In this document: positions 21,239-37,861 of the stretch, one piece after another
Layout: each line of letters starts with the position of its first letter
Position numbering within the stretch: position 1 is the stretch's first letter
Source: an uncultured Nitrososphaeraceae archaeon
Lineage (GTDB): Archaea > Thermoproteota > Nitrososphaeria > Nitrososphaerales > Nitrososphaeraceae
Direction: 5' to 3'
NCBI GenBank assembly: GCA_963837175.1
Contig: CAWIMJ010000022.1
Location: forward strand, 1-64,000
DNA: 64,000 bases
Translations under genes and position numbers: made by a program
Notes under the pieces: generated by a model
Told to the model about the DNA's origin: nothing
What the model saw: the letters and a program-made list of their open reading frames with translations, nothing else
The model's database searches: none

Positions 21239-22780
21239 TCATTGATAGTTTCTCTTCTGCAAAGTATTATTCTTTTCATATCAACTGAATATCTATATAT
21301 GAATAGCTCTTTTACAAGTTGTAGAACTTTTACCTTCCCTTATTCTTTTTCACTTTATCTGCTACTCAAATCAAGAAATTGTTCTATATTCTTTTCTCGT
21401 ACCGGAATGTTCCCTGTGTGATATCTGTGTTAGCACTTTTGACTATAGGATACTTGTGTTTGTTTTTGTTTTATTCATAATGCCAAAGGTTTCGTCCAAT
21501 AAATATGCACGTCTTTGAGCTGGTTTTGAAGGTACCAGCAGGTGTGCCCATAGATCGTCATTACAGTTCTGTACCCCGCTACCTTTGCGTTGCAATTCCA
21601 TATTTCCGATAATCTCAATGAATATCGCAATCTATCTTTCAAGAATCTGTCATAAATTTAAACCTGGTTTAGTTCTACAAAGAAAGGACGACGGTAATAA
21701 TTAGATAGTTGCAATGGCGCAGCATCTACATTAAGATACATATCGCCTAATTTATTATCTTGAAAATATTTATCATTCTCTGTTGAAATTATGTCAATAA
21801 GTAGTGATCCTAGTGATCTTCTGAAATAGCATTCCCAATGCGGATATACAGAATCCCATTTGAATTTGTCTTTACCAATCTTGCAAAAGACAAAAATTAC
21901 TACCATTTCAGAATTCCTCTTTTAATTAGACAATGAAAATATAAATCGAAAGTTACTGAATCACCTACCAACGAGCTTCAAATCCCACTGGTCCCCACTT
22001 AGCTGAAAACCATAATAACAAAAAAAATAATATAGATATATCCATGGCCAGCAGCCAAGGAAACGAATCTCATTACCTCTACTCTGTTCATGAGTTTACA
22101 CATGTTCTTTATAAAAAGACAACACTATTTTGAAGTATATCCATGGCAGCAATTTGGTCACGACCACTACATCAAAACGTAAGATAGCATCACATTCTAA
22201 AAAAAGATTGATCACTAACTGCTTGTGCACTATCTAACTTTATATGTTAACGAAATCCTAGAATTCATAAATACAACGTCACCTAGTACTAACAGCAAAA
22301 TCGCAAATTTTGTGAGAAAGCACATTAAGAGATCATGACTGCTAGTCTATGACGAAGCAGAATGCAAAATATCTATTTACACTACTTTGGAAATGAATCA
22401 AGTCTCTTTAATAGATAGCCTATGGAATAGAAAATATCAGCAAAATCAGATCGATGATCTCTTAAAAGTAAAATCTTGTCCTAATTGTGTGAACCGAACT
22501 AGTTTTATTATTAAATTAGTTTACCTTCTTTCTTTCTTTCTTCTGAATATATTTATAGATGCAATAATTATTATTATCTGTCAATCTTATACTATTTCCT
22601 TCTGTCAATAAATCCTGACTAAGTTGCTTTCTTATCAATGCGTAAGCGTATTTGCAATATTCTATAAAGCAAACACGTATAGCTAACTATTAATTTTCTA
22701 TAAATAACAAATTAGCTTCCATAGAATAAAATTATAGTTATATTTCTTATCTCTATTTTCCTTATTTCCTATCTTTCTAT

Positions 22781-23770
22781 CTATCTATCTTTTTTTAGAT
22801 ATAAATAATTGCTATTTTCATCGTATCCAAGGTCTGCCATTGTCAATACCTTAAAGCCATTATCGTGTAAATATTTAATTTCTTTTTCAAATAGATCTGG
22901 AGTAGTATCATAAGAGCCTGGATCACCTGCTCCACTATTATCTATTCTATGCCATGTAATTATTGGAATTGCATTTATTGTACCACCTGTGTTATATCTA
23001 GACTGACTATTGACAACTTCAACGAATCTATTGAACATTTCAGAATCATCATATGAGTACTTGTACCTATCAGCATCATGACTCCAACCTATAACAGAGT
23101 ATCTATTTATAAAATTGAGTTTACCATCATCAGAATACGTTCTACAATCAGTCTGACTTGATTTTTCTTTGAATCCATCACAATGTAAATACATTAGTGG
23201 ATTATCACCACGTCTAGCTATATCATAATATTTAGAAACTGTATCAATTACTGCTGCCTTATCAGATCCTCCATTAAAAGGATATGCAAAACTTGTAGGA
23301 TTATTAATACCATGGTCAAGAAGGCATTGTTTTGACTGACCTACTTCAAAATCTACCATCTTATTTGACATTTGAGAAAGATCTTTATGATTCATACTAT
23401 GAGATCCTATATCATATCCTTCCTTGTATAATGCTGCTATATCTTCCCAATTCATTCTAGCATTGGGTTTAGCTTGTCCTTCTCCATATCCTACATAATT
23501 GCAGATTATATAGAAAGTAGCCTTATATCCATACTCGTCTAGAATTGGCTTAGCATTAGTGTATTGGCTCTTGTAGCCATCATCAAAGGTTAAGATTACT
23601 GCTTTATCTTTGGCAGGATTAATATCACTATTGGGAACAGAAGGAAATGACTGGCTATAGGCTTTATTTGGCATTGCAATAGCAACATTGGTTAGAAATG
23701 TTATTAAAGTAATAGAAATAATAAATTCATATCTAACATTTCTTATATTTTTTAGCATTATAACTAACAA
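22781..23770 (-). CDS. Exported polysaccharide deacetylase (CE4/NodB)
   Basis: LTFDDG, IGSHSMNH, FAYPF; signal peptide. Confidence 0.92.
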   Translation of the reverse strand: MLVIMLKNIRNVRYEFIISITLITFLTNVAIAMPNKAYSQSFPSVPNSDINPAKDKAVILTFDDGYKSQYTNAKPILDEYGYKATFYIICNYVGYGEGQAKPNARMNWEDIAALYKEGYDIGSHSMNHKDLSQMSNKMVDFEVGQSKQCLLDHGINNPTSFAYPFNGGSDKAAVIDTVSKYYDIARRGDNPLMYLHCDGFKEKSSQTDCRTYSDDGKLNFINRYSVIGWSHDADRYKYSYDDSEMFNRFVEVVNSQSRYNTGGTINAIPIITWHRIDNSGAGDPGSYDTTPDLFEKEIKYLHDNGFKVLTMADLGYDENSNYLYLKKDR

Positions 23771-23954
23771 AAATTTGTAGCGTATATAATTTTATTGAAT
23801 AAGATATTATGATCATATATATGTCGTATTTGCATTAGAAAGAGAAGAAAAGGATATACAAGGAATTCGAGCTATTAGCCCCATACAACAAACCTCAGGT
23901 TTAAAGCAGATTTGTTTTGATCAGCAAATCATTTTAATTCATTTTTATCATTAT

Positions 23955-24240
23955 AAATACCGTAGCAAGACTTGACATAATTGGACATATTCTAGAGATG
24001 TTAATAGTCACGGTGATGATAATGGATTAACTAGCATGAAAATAATACACAATGTATTATTATTGTTTTTGCTCAATTGAAAGAATATTTGTCAATCCTA
24101 TCAGAAAAAGGCTTGGTAGATGAGTATCAAAAAGAACAGAAAGAAAAATGAAAGCAACGATCTTTCTATTATTATAAAATACTAGACAAGTGAAGACATT
24201 TCTTACAAATATACATAGGGTCTTAGTGAGATGATTTCAT
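23955..24240 (+). pseudogene. Decayed winged-helix regulator
   Basis: Fragments KYRSK, DIIGHILE, AQLKEYLSILSEKGLV, YYKI across frames with stops. Confidence 0.6.
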
Positions 24241-24662
24241 AATTTCTACTTCTAGCTCCTTCTTAAAGACTGTAGTATAAATTATGCCCACCTCCTAGCT
24301 TAGCACTTCTCTACTTCCTACATAATATCCACTATAGTCTTCATTTATTATTTTTCGTCTTCTTCTTCTTCTTCTTTTTATTCATCAAATTATTCATCAA
24401 ATAATTCATATTTGATTCATATCCTGTGGATATCTCATCGTTAGCCATATGTTTTGTAATACTATAATCTCGTTCACACATATAGTAATCGCAATATTCC
24501 AACTCGCAGAAAACTTATTATCTCTATCCCTAATTCTCTTTCAAACTTCTACTTTTTTTAGATTTCAGTAAGAAACATGATTTATTACACTACTCAGTTT
24601 AGTTGGATTTTTGCTTTTGAATGATATTTAATTTTAGCAATTACAGTTTCTCTATCTCGATG

Positions 24663-26651
24663 TTAGCTTCCTTTGATCGCCAAGGTAAACCAATCAGGTA
24701 AGATATTCTTATTCTTCTTTACAAAATAACCAAACGCAGAATCCAGAACATATGTCTTTGCCCAGTCTTCCTTTGATCTTATCGATCTACCATATGCCTG
24801 TATTAATTTCAATGCTGTTTGCCAGTAGTACCATTCTTCATCTGTTTCTCTCTTTGCATTAGTCCATCTATCGCTTTTATTAGGATACGGTACCTTGGTT
24901 ATAATTTGAAACCTTGAAAGTTCATCTTTTAAATTAAGGCCTGTGTGCAAAGATGGCGAGATAAGAACTGTTGGCTTTATGCTATCTATATGTTGTTTTA
25001 AAACTTCATCTCTTTGTATCTCTGGATCCGTTACTATCAGTCTTCTTGCATTTTCCTGGGATACATTTTCTTTGATAAAATTTAACTGCTCATAAGAAGT
25101 AGTATGAATTATTCCTTTATCATAATGGTGTATAGACATTAGATTATCAACAGCCTTTGCAATTTTATTTTTTACTTGTTCTGATTGCAAGTTATTAAAA
25201 TTAAGATATTCAATATTCAGAGGATAAATTAGTCTATTTTCTATTGGAAAATCCGACGGTATTCGTATGAATTTCACGTCGTCCCTATCATAAGAAGAAG
25301 TAGCTAGACCTACACTTTTACAGAATTCTCTGCCGTTTAGGATTGTTGCACTCATTATCAATGTTTTTGAACATTTTTTGAATACCGCTTGACAATACTC
25401 TGATATGTTTAAGGGCTTTAATTCAACTTTTACTACCTCATAGTTTTCCTTTTTTATATCCGATACTATCCAATTTTTTGGATTTGATAAAATATTGTTT
25501 ATCCCTCTTGTAAGTTTCTCTGCATCCCTGGCTGCTTCAACAAAAAGTTCATCACTTATTTTACTTGTATCATTCTTTGAAATATCAGCATATTTTTCTG
25601 TTATTTCTTCGTCGCTATCAAATAGATCTGATGCTGGAATTACTTTCTTGCTATTGTTATTTTTGATGTTGCCTGATGTTATTAATTTTTTAGATTCCTC
25701 ATCGTTTTTTTGCCAGTTGTACAAGATTTTTCGTTCTTCTGACACGTCCTGTATCGCTGAAGTATTTCCAATTAATGTAAGCATTTTCGTTTCTAGATCA
25801 ATCAAAAAATCAATCCATCTTATGACTTCGTTATACCCATAATCTATTATATTTAAATCCTTGATATAGCGTTTCCATCTCTTTTTCGAAATAGATAGGC
25901 CTCTAAATTTTACAATTTCTGTCTCCAATAAATGTCCTTCATCCAATACTAATAACTCTCTTGGTAGAATAATTTTCTTGCTTGGCAAAAATGCCAAGAA
26001 ATTTGAGTAATTGAAAATGGAATGGCTAGAAGTTAAGGCTATGTTTAATTGATCAAAATATTCACATGGTCTCCATATTGCTTTATCTTTATTGTTATCT
26101 TTTAGATTTTTTAAGTGCAACCATTGGAAAAACTCCTTCTTATAATGGTGTTCTTTATCCTTGTTGATGAATATTTTTTCGTTTTCTGTTCCTTTATTAC
26201 TCAGATTATAATCTTGTAAAAATGTTCGATATTTACATCCGGTACCTTCAAAGGCTTCATCGCTCATACATGGTCCGTATTCCACGGTTGTATGATAGCA
26301 TTCACTTCCATTCCCTACTGAAAAGCAGCTTCTACATCTATAGATGCCATTTTTAATGAAATCTTCCTTCACTAAACAAGGGAAATTGCTTTTACCTTTT
26401 GCCGCTTTAATAAATGAAAAATCCCTAGCATATTGCGTCTGCAAGTCCTTCGTGGAAGTACATATATAACTTGAGCCCAGAGTCTTTGCTACAGATACTG
26501 CTACAGGACTCTTTCCAAATCCGGTAGAAGCTTCAAGTATAATGTATTTATAGCCAGAATTGAATGCATCGCATATTTCATTTAGTACTCTTGTCTGGTT
26601 ATTACGCCGGGATGTGAAAGGAAAATTCTTGATAAAATCTGTTTTTGTCAA
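24663..26651 (-). CDS. DinG/XPD (Rad3)-family ATP-dependent DNA helicase
   Basis: EASTGFGKS, Cys-rich Fe-S region, LDEGH, MSAT, QAYGRSIRSKED. Confidence 0.92.
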   Translation of the reverse strand: MTKTDFIKNFPFTSRRNNQTRVLNEICDAFNSGYKYIILEASTGFGKSPVAVSVAKTLGSSYICTSTKDLQTQYARDFSFIKAAKGKSNFPCLVKEDFIKNGIYRCRSCFSVGNGSECYHTTVEYGPCMSDEAFEGTGCKYRTFLQDYNLSNKGTENEKIFINKDKEHHYKKEFFQWLHLKNLKDNNKDKAIWRPCEYFDQLNIALTSSHSIFNYSNFLAFLPSKKIILPRELLVLDEGHLLETEIVKFRGLSISKKRWKRYIKDLNIIDYGYNEVIRWIDFLIDLETKMLTLIGNTSAIQDVSEERKILYNWQKNDEESKKLITSGNIKNNNSKKVIPASDLFDSDEEITEKYADISKNDTSKISDELFVEAARDAEKLTRGINNILSNPKNWIVSDIKKENYEVVKVELKPLNISEYCQAVFKKCSKTLIMSATILNGREFCKSVGLATSSYDRDDVKFIRIPSDFPIENRLIYPLNIEYLNFNNLQSEQVKNKIAKAVDNLMSIHHYDKGIIHTTSYEQLNFIKENVSQENARRLIVTDPEIQRDEVLKQHIDSIKPTVLISPSLHTGLNLKDELSRFQIITKVPYPNKSDRWTNAKRETDEEWYYWQTALKLIQAYGRSIRSKEDWAKTYVLDSAFGYFVKKNKNILPDWFTLAIKGS

Positions 26652-27248
26652 TGATTTGTAGGTACTCAGTTGGCATCACCTCTCACTTATTCTTCTCATT
26701 AACTTATCTGTTCATCACCAATAAATCTGTGACCCCACTTTGCCTGTTGCAATGTCGGCAGTTGTTTTTAGATAACAATGGCCCGGTAATTAATAATTAA
26801 TCTGGTATACAACTTATCAGAAGATGAGATAGTTTTATGTTAGGAAGAAAATACGATACACGCATGTGTGTATATATATAGTATAACAAGAACTGTGTTT
26901 TTGCTAATTACATTTGAATATAAAGTGTGTGGTTGCTTCTCTTGTCCTATACCACAACAGTCTAGAGATTGCCTAGAATTTTTTCGAACCTATAGAAATT
27001 CATTCTTTCATTTCTTTGGAGTTCAACAGTGGTAGTAAATGTTTTGTTCTTCCAACATAGTGTTCGTCCCATTGCAAATAGAAGTACGTCGCATAAAGAG
27101 GCTTTTTTTGACATTCCCTACATTCCTTGTGAATTCTGCTTTTGCCATCTAGTATCATTAGTAGTTATGTGTTCTTAAACTCTTACTGAGTCATCATATG
27201 AGTAGGGATTTTGGATTACTTCTTCCAAAGCTATCATCGACTAACTAA

Positions 27249-27830
27249 TTATTTATTTATTTCGAGGGCTTTGCCATGATGGTCAAGTAATTTTTTCTTT
27301 TGGTGTTCTGTAAGCCTGTTAAAGTCTTTTTGATTATAACAACAAAATCCTTTCAATTTTGAATGAAACTTTAATGGCAGAGTGGTTTCATATTCTATTA
27401 TGTTAGATTTTTTGTTTTTATGATTATTAAATTGAAAGTATGAACCCATATCAGCAATTGCAGTAACGCCCTTTTTGCCTAATTTTTCTGCATGTTTCAC
27501 TAGCCTTTCAAGAAATGTAATGATAGAGGTTGAACAAAAATATGCTCTTACAGAATCTATGATCACAAGTAAACCTTCTTTTTCATATTTTCTTATATCC
27601 ATCCTGGTACTCTCATTTTCTCGTAGACTACGCCTAACAGTATCAGTAGTTTCGTAATGTGGAAGTAGTAGTACAAGTTCATTGTTTTCTTCTAACTGTA
27701 TTTTTGTATAATATGAGTAGATCTGCCTAAATGTGATTAAATGATCATAGATAAGAATATAGTGAGCACCAGGTTCTGTCTGGTTTAATTGGTCTAAACC
27801 CACGCCAAGATTACCTTCTAGGATTTTCAC
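27249..27830 (-). CDS. MEDS domain sensory protein
   Basis: H.ILIY, ADMGSYF, EYE..LP, GFCCYNQKDF. Confidence 0.75.
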   Translation of the reverse strand: MKILEGNLGVGLDQLNQTEPGAHYILIYDHLITFRQIYSYYTKIQLEENNELVLLLPHYETTDTVRRSLRENESTRMDIRKYEKEGLLVIIDSVRAYFCSTSIITFLERLVKHAEKLGKKGVTAIADMGSYFQFNNHKNKKSNIIEYETTLPLKFHSKLKGFCCYNQKDFNRLTEHQKKKLLDHHGKALEINK

Positions 27831-27892
27831 AATAGCTCTATCTAATGGTATTTGTTAATGAACTTTGATCTCTTACTTATGAGAGAGCAGCT

Positions 27893-28306
27893 TTAATTTT
27901 TCTTTAATCTAGTAATGGGTTTTATTCCATTAGTGTATTTTTTTATCTCAATATTTAATCTCTTCAATGATATAGGTTTTTGAATGAAGCCATTTACCTT
28001 AGTAGCTAGTAACTCTTCTGAGAAGATGGTCGTGTTAATATCAAATGCTGTCATTAGCAAGATCTTGACATCTGGTTTTATCTCTCTAATATTTCTTACA
28101 AATTCAAATCCATTTATACCTGGCATTCGAATATCAGAAATAACTAGACAATAGTTATTACAATTTACCCTAAAATGTTCTAGCGCTAAAAATGGATCTG
28201 TAAAGTCATAAACATTAAAGCCATACTTCTGCAACGATAATCTCATTAGCACAGTGATGTCAATTTCATCATCTATGATCATGATTGAGTCATTGTTCGA
28301 TGCCAT
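27893..28306 (-). CDS. Single-domain response regulator (receiver)
   Basis: IIDDE, ISDIRMPGINGFE, LMTAF, FIQKP. Confidence 0.93.
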   Translation of the reverse strand: MASNNDSIMIIDDEIDITVLMRLSLQKYGFNVYDFTDPFLALEHFRVNCNNYCLVISDIRMPGINGFEFVRNIREIKPDVKILLMTAFDINTTIFSEELLATKVNGFIQKPISLKRLNIEIKKYTNGIKPITRLKKN

Positions 28307-28591
28307 TAATTGAGATGTATGAATATATATTTAGAGAATTTAAATGGTAATCTTATTATTTTTTGACCCTTTATATAAATAAATATCATCAAATCATAGC
28401 TAATTGTATCAATTATAAAGGGTAATAATATAGTATTCATGACCATATGATATGTAGTTAATATTAAACTTTTGTAATGAACTATTTTATGTACTTAGCA
28501 AAAATTTCTATATTAAAGAATCTTGTAATATATAATTTTTAGAGTAATACCAGCTAAATCATATTTATTATTAGAGTAATATAATTAAATA

Positions 28592-29323
28592 GTGTTTATG
28601 ACCAAAAATTGGTTAGGCAAAAATAGAGATATTTTCTTTATTTTGATAGCGATACTTAGCTTGGTAAGAGAAGAGGTACGTTATGATTTCGAAGAATTCA
28701 GAAGATATGCAGACGATTTTATCCATGATCTAATCAAACTGATGATAATTTCCAAGATGAATTCGACATTCAAGAATATTTCATCTAAAGAATACTTTGT
28801 AAATTTGATACAACAAATAAATGGCTGTGAAGCATATATTGTGAGATACGGTCAACCAATATTATATACAAAATACAGAGGTATGGAGTTTAGTGATCAA
28901 AAAGTTACTTCACAATTTGTTAGATTAAATGATCATGCTATTGATGTTACCGTGGAATCTGTTGTTGGTGAATTTATAAAATCATTTGATAGTCTTGTTT
29001 CTACTACGGCAAATAGGGTCAAGTGGGGTACAGATGGTGGAAACAGTTCACGTATAGACCCACTCTTTAAGTTACTCGATTCATTCGTACATGCTGTACA
29101 CAATCTGACATTGCTTGAAAAAAATAATTATGACAGCCTTATGGGAAAGCGATTCAGTATCAAAAACATAAATATCACAAAACAATCAACGCAATTAGAA
29201 TTTTTAGTTGACGGTCATTTGAATATAATAGGATTATATCCATCCAAAAAAAAGGGCAGAATAGAGATATTATTTGGCAATGCTAGTATAGCTAATGCTA
29301 TAGTATCTTTAATGAAGCAATAA
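28592..29323 (+). CDS. Conserved hypothetical protein
   Basis: 243-aa ORF with genome-typical composition; start uncertain. Confidence 0.6.
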   Translation: MFMTKNWLGKNRDIFFILIAILSLVREEVRYDFEEFRRYADDFIHDLIKLMIISKMNSTFKNISSKEYFVNLIQQINGCEAYIVRYGQPILYTKYRGMEFSDQKVTSQFVRLNDHAIDVTVESVVGEFIKSFDSLVSTTANRVKWGTDGGNSSRIDPLFKLLDSFVHAVHNLTLLEKNNYDSLMGKRFSIKNINITKQSTQLEFLVDGHLNIIGLYPSKKKGRIEILFGNASIANAIVSLMKQ

Positions 29324-29813
29324 GAAGTGGTCAGCTATATATGTATGTAAACATAGGCAACTGCGCAGCTATTACACATTCTATAGGGCTTCTTAGAGTC
29401 TTAAAAGATAATTAAACTATAAGATAGCATATTATTTCTATAGACAGAATTTGATGTATATATTGTGCATTTCTATGAAGTGAGTTAAGTGTTATTAATC
29501 ATATATAAATGACACAATTTAAGAGTATAGATATTTCATGAATACATTATTCTTGATTTTATTACTCCGCTCTATCATAGAATAAAAAAAGTCATCTTGT
29601 GTTATAGATGGCAAATTGGCCAGAGTTATTTGGATTCGTATATAATAATGAGCCCCTCAATTATATACAACCAATATTAAATGATACAATAAATGATAAA
29701 GTTAAGTTACCAGTTGATAGAAACAATATCTATTTCGTTAAATAGTCTATTGGCAGCTCAGTGCCATAACTTTACTTGTATATTAATAACAAAATTCAAA
29801 ATTATTTTAGTAA

Positions 29814-30311
29814 TCAATATCCCCCGTTATCAAGAATAGCTGCTAACAACAATATTGCTACTGACAAAATAACTGTAATCCTTCCTAGATAAATTATTTT
29901 TGATCGAATAGATTGAACATAAATGGTTTCAGCATATCCACCTGAAAGAGTCTTTTCTGTCCCCGTATTAAGAATTCTGATATGAATGATATAGATTATA
30001 AGAGTTGCAATTACTAATATTATTTTGAACAAGAGAATTATGCCGTAATTTGTTTCGAATAATAAACCTGGTTCTTGTAAGAATACACGTGAATTGTAAA
30101 TGCCTGTTACTATTAGAATCACAAAAGATGGCATTGCTATCTTGTTGAATCGTCTTCCAATTTTGATCATAAGTGCAATGCGTTCTTCCAATGTTCCTGT
30201 AATACTTTTGAGCATGGGTGCAAGCACTATGCCAAGAAAAATTGAGCCACCTACCCATATTGAGGCAGCAACTAAATGTACCCAGGTGAACAGGCTATCA
30301 GTAAGAGACAT
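29814..30311 (-). CDS. CopD/DUF4149-like 4-TM protein
   Basis: WVHLVAASIWVGG, RRF, TGIYN, YGIILLFK. Confidence 0.8.
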   Translation of the reverse strand: MSLTDSLFTWVHLVAASIWVGGSIFLGIVLAPMLKSITGTLEERIALMIKIGRRFNKIAMPSFVILIVTGIYNSRVFLQEPGLLFETNYGIILLFKIILVIATLIIYIIHIRILNTGTEKTLSGGYAETIYVQSIRSKIIYLGRITVILSVAILLLAAILDNGGY

Positions 30312-30409
30312 CTTATTATTATAATAATTTCTACCAAGACATATTATTCATGCTGCGATAAGAAAAGTATTAATTCAATCTTACATTCACCTAATATTGA
30401 ACAGCTACT

Positions 30410-30925
30410 ATGTTTCTAAGTAGACGTAGAATTATTCTTATCGTGGCAATTGCAGCAGTTATAGGTGCCATAATTTTACTGCCATTAATTCTTGCCACCT
30501 TTTCAGCTCCTAATATAAATAGCATTACCATAGAACTTTCTAAGGTAGAGGTTAAGAATATTACAAATGATAATAAAAGAATCCCGTTAGATTTATTTTT
30601 TAATGTACAGAATCCAACCAACAAGGCAGTGACAACATCAAAAGTTGAATATAATCTGATTGCAAATGGTAAATCTCTAGGTCATGGAGTTTTGTCATAT
30701 GAAGACATTCCTCTTAATGGAAGGCCTCAACTCCTACCTGGACTTACAACAACACTACAATCAACATTTGAACTAAATCAATCTAACCTGAATTCTAATA
30801 TTTTTAGAGCAATTAAAAATGCAGAAGCAGTCAAACAGATCAAATGGAAGGTTGAAGGAGTAGCTGAGATCGAATCTGCATTTAGCTCTTCTCCAAAACA
30901 ATTTAGTGATGAACTCAACGAATAA
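30410..30925 (+). CDS. LEA_2/WHy domain membrane-anchored protein
   Basis: N-terminal TM; FNVQNPT...VEYNL..NG..LG.G. Confidence 0.7.
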   Translation: MFLSRRRIILIVAIAAVIGAIILLPLILATFSAPNINSITIELSKVEVKNITNDNKRIPLDLFFNVQNPTNKAVTTSKVEYNLIANGKSLGHGVLSYEDIPLNGRPQLLPGLTTTLQSTFELNQSNLNSNIFRAIKNAEAVKQIKWKVEGVAEIESAFSSSPKQFSDELNE

Positions 30926-31357
30926 ATTATTAACTCCTTTAAGCATATATAATATAATCCGCAAAGATCAATAGATATCAGGCTCATTAAATCCAATCTG
31001 CCCTAACTGTAGGAGTCTAACTAACCAGAAGAAGAAGAAAGTCTGCCAACAAATCAGATAATAATGAATAGTATAGAAATGAAATTAATATTATTCCTAA
31101 TTCTTTTTAATTTTGTTATCTATTATCTATTATTATATATAATAAACAGAAAGGAAGGAATAGCGCATGTTATTTATATGTAAGAAATTTTGAGTTTTCA
31201 TATCAATCACTATATAGATATATTAATATTTTTGAAAATAAAAAACATGCTCGTCAAGTATGGATCAACAACTCAAAGCGCAATTTTTTCCTTTACTTGT
31301 TCTTTACGTATGTTAGTGTTTTTATTATCATGGTTCATTTGATTCCACAACTTTCAG

Positions 31358-34318
<2,961 letters not shown>

Positions 34319-34567
34319 CCAGTTTGCACTTTGCCTATGATAATATGTCTAAAACCTAACACTTTACGCGAACATATGTAAAGCAATCTTTTTTTTTTTA
34401 TTTATTTATTTACCACTTAAAAACTTCTGTCGTTATTGCTAGATTATCTTTTCTAGCAATAATATGTGGCGTGATTTCTTGTTGTTGATCCTATACATGA
34501 CGCTCATTGTAAACTTACGCTTACTACATCCTTCATCCCTTGTCATATAACAAGGAATTGCATCAAT

Positions 34568-34607
34568 TTCTTTAGCGCTACTTCTTTTTCTTTAGCGCTA
34601 CTTCTTT
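34568..34607. repeat. 20-bp tandem duplication in the ITS
   Basis: ttctttagcgctacttcttt twice. Confidence 0.8.
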
Positions 34608-34718
34608 GCATTTTGATCATATAAATGATGATCATCATCATCATCATTCATAGTTTGGTTGATTGATCACATCACATCAATCACAACCCTTTACACAAAG
34701 TAGTCCGGCCTCATTCAA

Positions 34719-36188
<1,470 letters not shown>

Positions 36189-36220
36189 CAATCCATTTAT
36201 TTTCTATATAAAGTAAAGAG

Positions 36221-36268
36221 TACGGCCGGACAACTTGTTATTGTGCGGGTCGTGTATTGTTGTGACCA
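36221..36268 (-). other. 5' arm of the 16S processing stem (pairs with ~34670-34709)
   Basis: gtccggcc/ggccggac and extended complementarity flanking the 16S gene. Confidence 0.6.
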
Positions 36269-36712
36269 TTGTCAGATTCAATAATCTTAATATTGAATCT
36301 CCATGTTATGAGCGCAACTGGAGGTCGGTGAATCACGAAATGGCACTATGACCACAATCATCCCAACGCCGCCTTTTATAGTTACGTTCGGATCTACCCA
36401 TTCACGTTATTCACATATTAAGATTCGCATTATAAAGAAGTAACATACTACTCTATATTTGGTGTTGTTACGTCACATAGACAAGGTGTAATTAATATGC
36501 CTTATATTAATAAAATGAATGATTTTTTATTCTATTATCTGATTATATCCCATAGAACGCGCAGCTTCACATTGACAAAAAAACACTTGATATTTGCTAC
36601 GAAACTAGGAAACGATATGCTCAATTAGCCAAGGCAGACAGCATATCGCAATAATATGATACGAAAATATAAATGATACAATTAAGCAGAGAAATTGTAA
36701 TTTTATTAATAA

Positions 36713-37861
36713 TTAATAATTTTTTCTGGTCATACTGTCGCCAATCTCGCTCATAATCTCCGTTGAATCCTTCTTTGTATCATTCGAAAATATTCGTAAT
36801 GCTATTAAATCCTTTAATTTATCCATATTAAAGTCTGTCTTTGATGAAACTAGTAAAACATACTGTCCAAAAGGGAGAAAGCCCAGTTTATCACATTTAT
36901 CATGTGCACTTTCAAGATTAGTCAAGTCAACCTTATTCATCACATACAAGACTTTAGTCAAAGGTACTTTCAATTCATTAATAATATGTATGGAACTGTC
37001 TAATTTCTTCTTAATCTCTTCTATAGACTGGCTAATGTCAACTACAAGCAAAACAAGATCAGAATAAGTTATATCCTGAAGTGTTGATTTAAATGCATCG
37101 ATCATATAAGCTGGAAGCTTGCTGATAAATCCGACAGTATCTGAAATTAACAGCTTCTTATCATTTTTCAAATTAATTGCTCGAGTAAAGGTAGATAGAG
37201 TAGTAAATACCTCTTTTCCTTCCATTTTTGATTCTCCTGTTAAAGTATTGAATAGAGTCGTCTTTCCTGCAGAAGTATAGCCAGCAATAGAAATGGTAGG
37301 CAAACCTGCTCTTGATCGTTGAATCCGAAAAAGTTCTCTTCTCTTCTCTTCTCTTTCCAACTTCTTCTTCAAGATAGCGGATCGTTTCTTGATATCTAGA
37401 AAATAGACATCAGCATCATATTTTCCCATACCAAAAAATCCTGGCTGTTCTCCTGCTCTTGCGAGTCTAACTTTTTCTCGAGCTCTAACCATGTCATATC
37501 GTAACTGTGCAAGTTTAATCTGAATTCTTGATTCCGCAGTGCTTGCTCTTAATTCAAAGATATCTAGAATTAAGCGCTCTCTATCTAGTATGTCTATTTT
37601 ACAGACTTTTGCTAAATTATATTGTTGACTTGGCTTTAGCACCTCATCAAAAATAATTACTCCTGGTTTTAATTGCTCAACTAATTCCTTTACTTCTTCT
37701 GCTTTCCCACTACCGATTCCATATTTTGACTGTGTAAGATTACGCTGGTTTACTATTTTAATAATAGAATATCCAGCTGCGTCTGCTAGAGTAATAGCTT
37801 CTTTTGTTACCTCCTCTAAAGGATAGGTTATTAGCAGAGCTGTTTTATTAGATTTTAACAT
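36713..37861 (-). CDS. hflX: GTPase HflX
   Basis: GYTSAGKTTLFN, DTVGFI, NKVD, ILDIF..RA...E..IQ. Confidence 0.96.
   Translation of the reverse strand: MLKSNKTALLITYPLEEVTKEAITLADAAGYSIIKIVNQRNLTQSKYGIGSGKAEEVKELVEQLKPGVIIFDEVLKPSQQYNLAKVCKIDILDRERLILDIFELRASTAESRIQIKLAQLRYDMVRAREKVRLARAGEQPGFFGMGKYDADVYFLDIKKRSAILKKKLEREEKRRELFRIQRSRAGLPTISIAGYTSAGKTTLFNTLTGESKMEGKEVFTTLSTFTRAINLKNDKKLLISDTVGFISKLPAYMIDAFKSTLQDITYSDLVLLVVDISQSIEEIKKKLDSSIHIINELKVPLTKVLYVMNKVDLTNLESAHDKCDKLGFLPFGQYVLLVSSKTDFNMDKLKDLIALRIFSNDTKKDSTEIMSEIGDSMTRKNY

Noticed and set aside
30312-30409. Cu-regulon motif upstream of the stand-alone CopD-like gene
   Set aside because: No TGTACYAYA match, so it is not included in the regulon.
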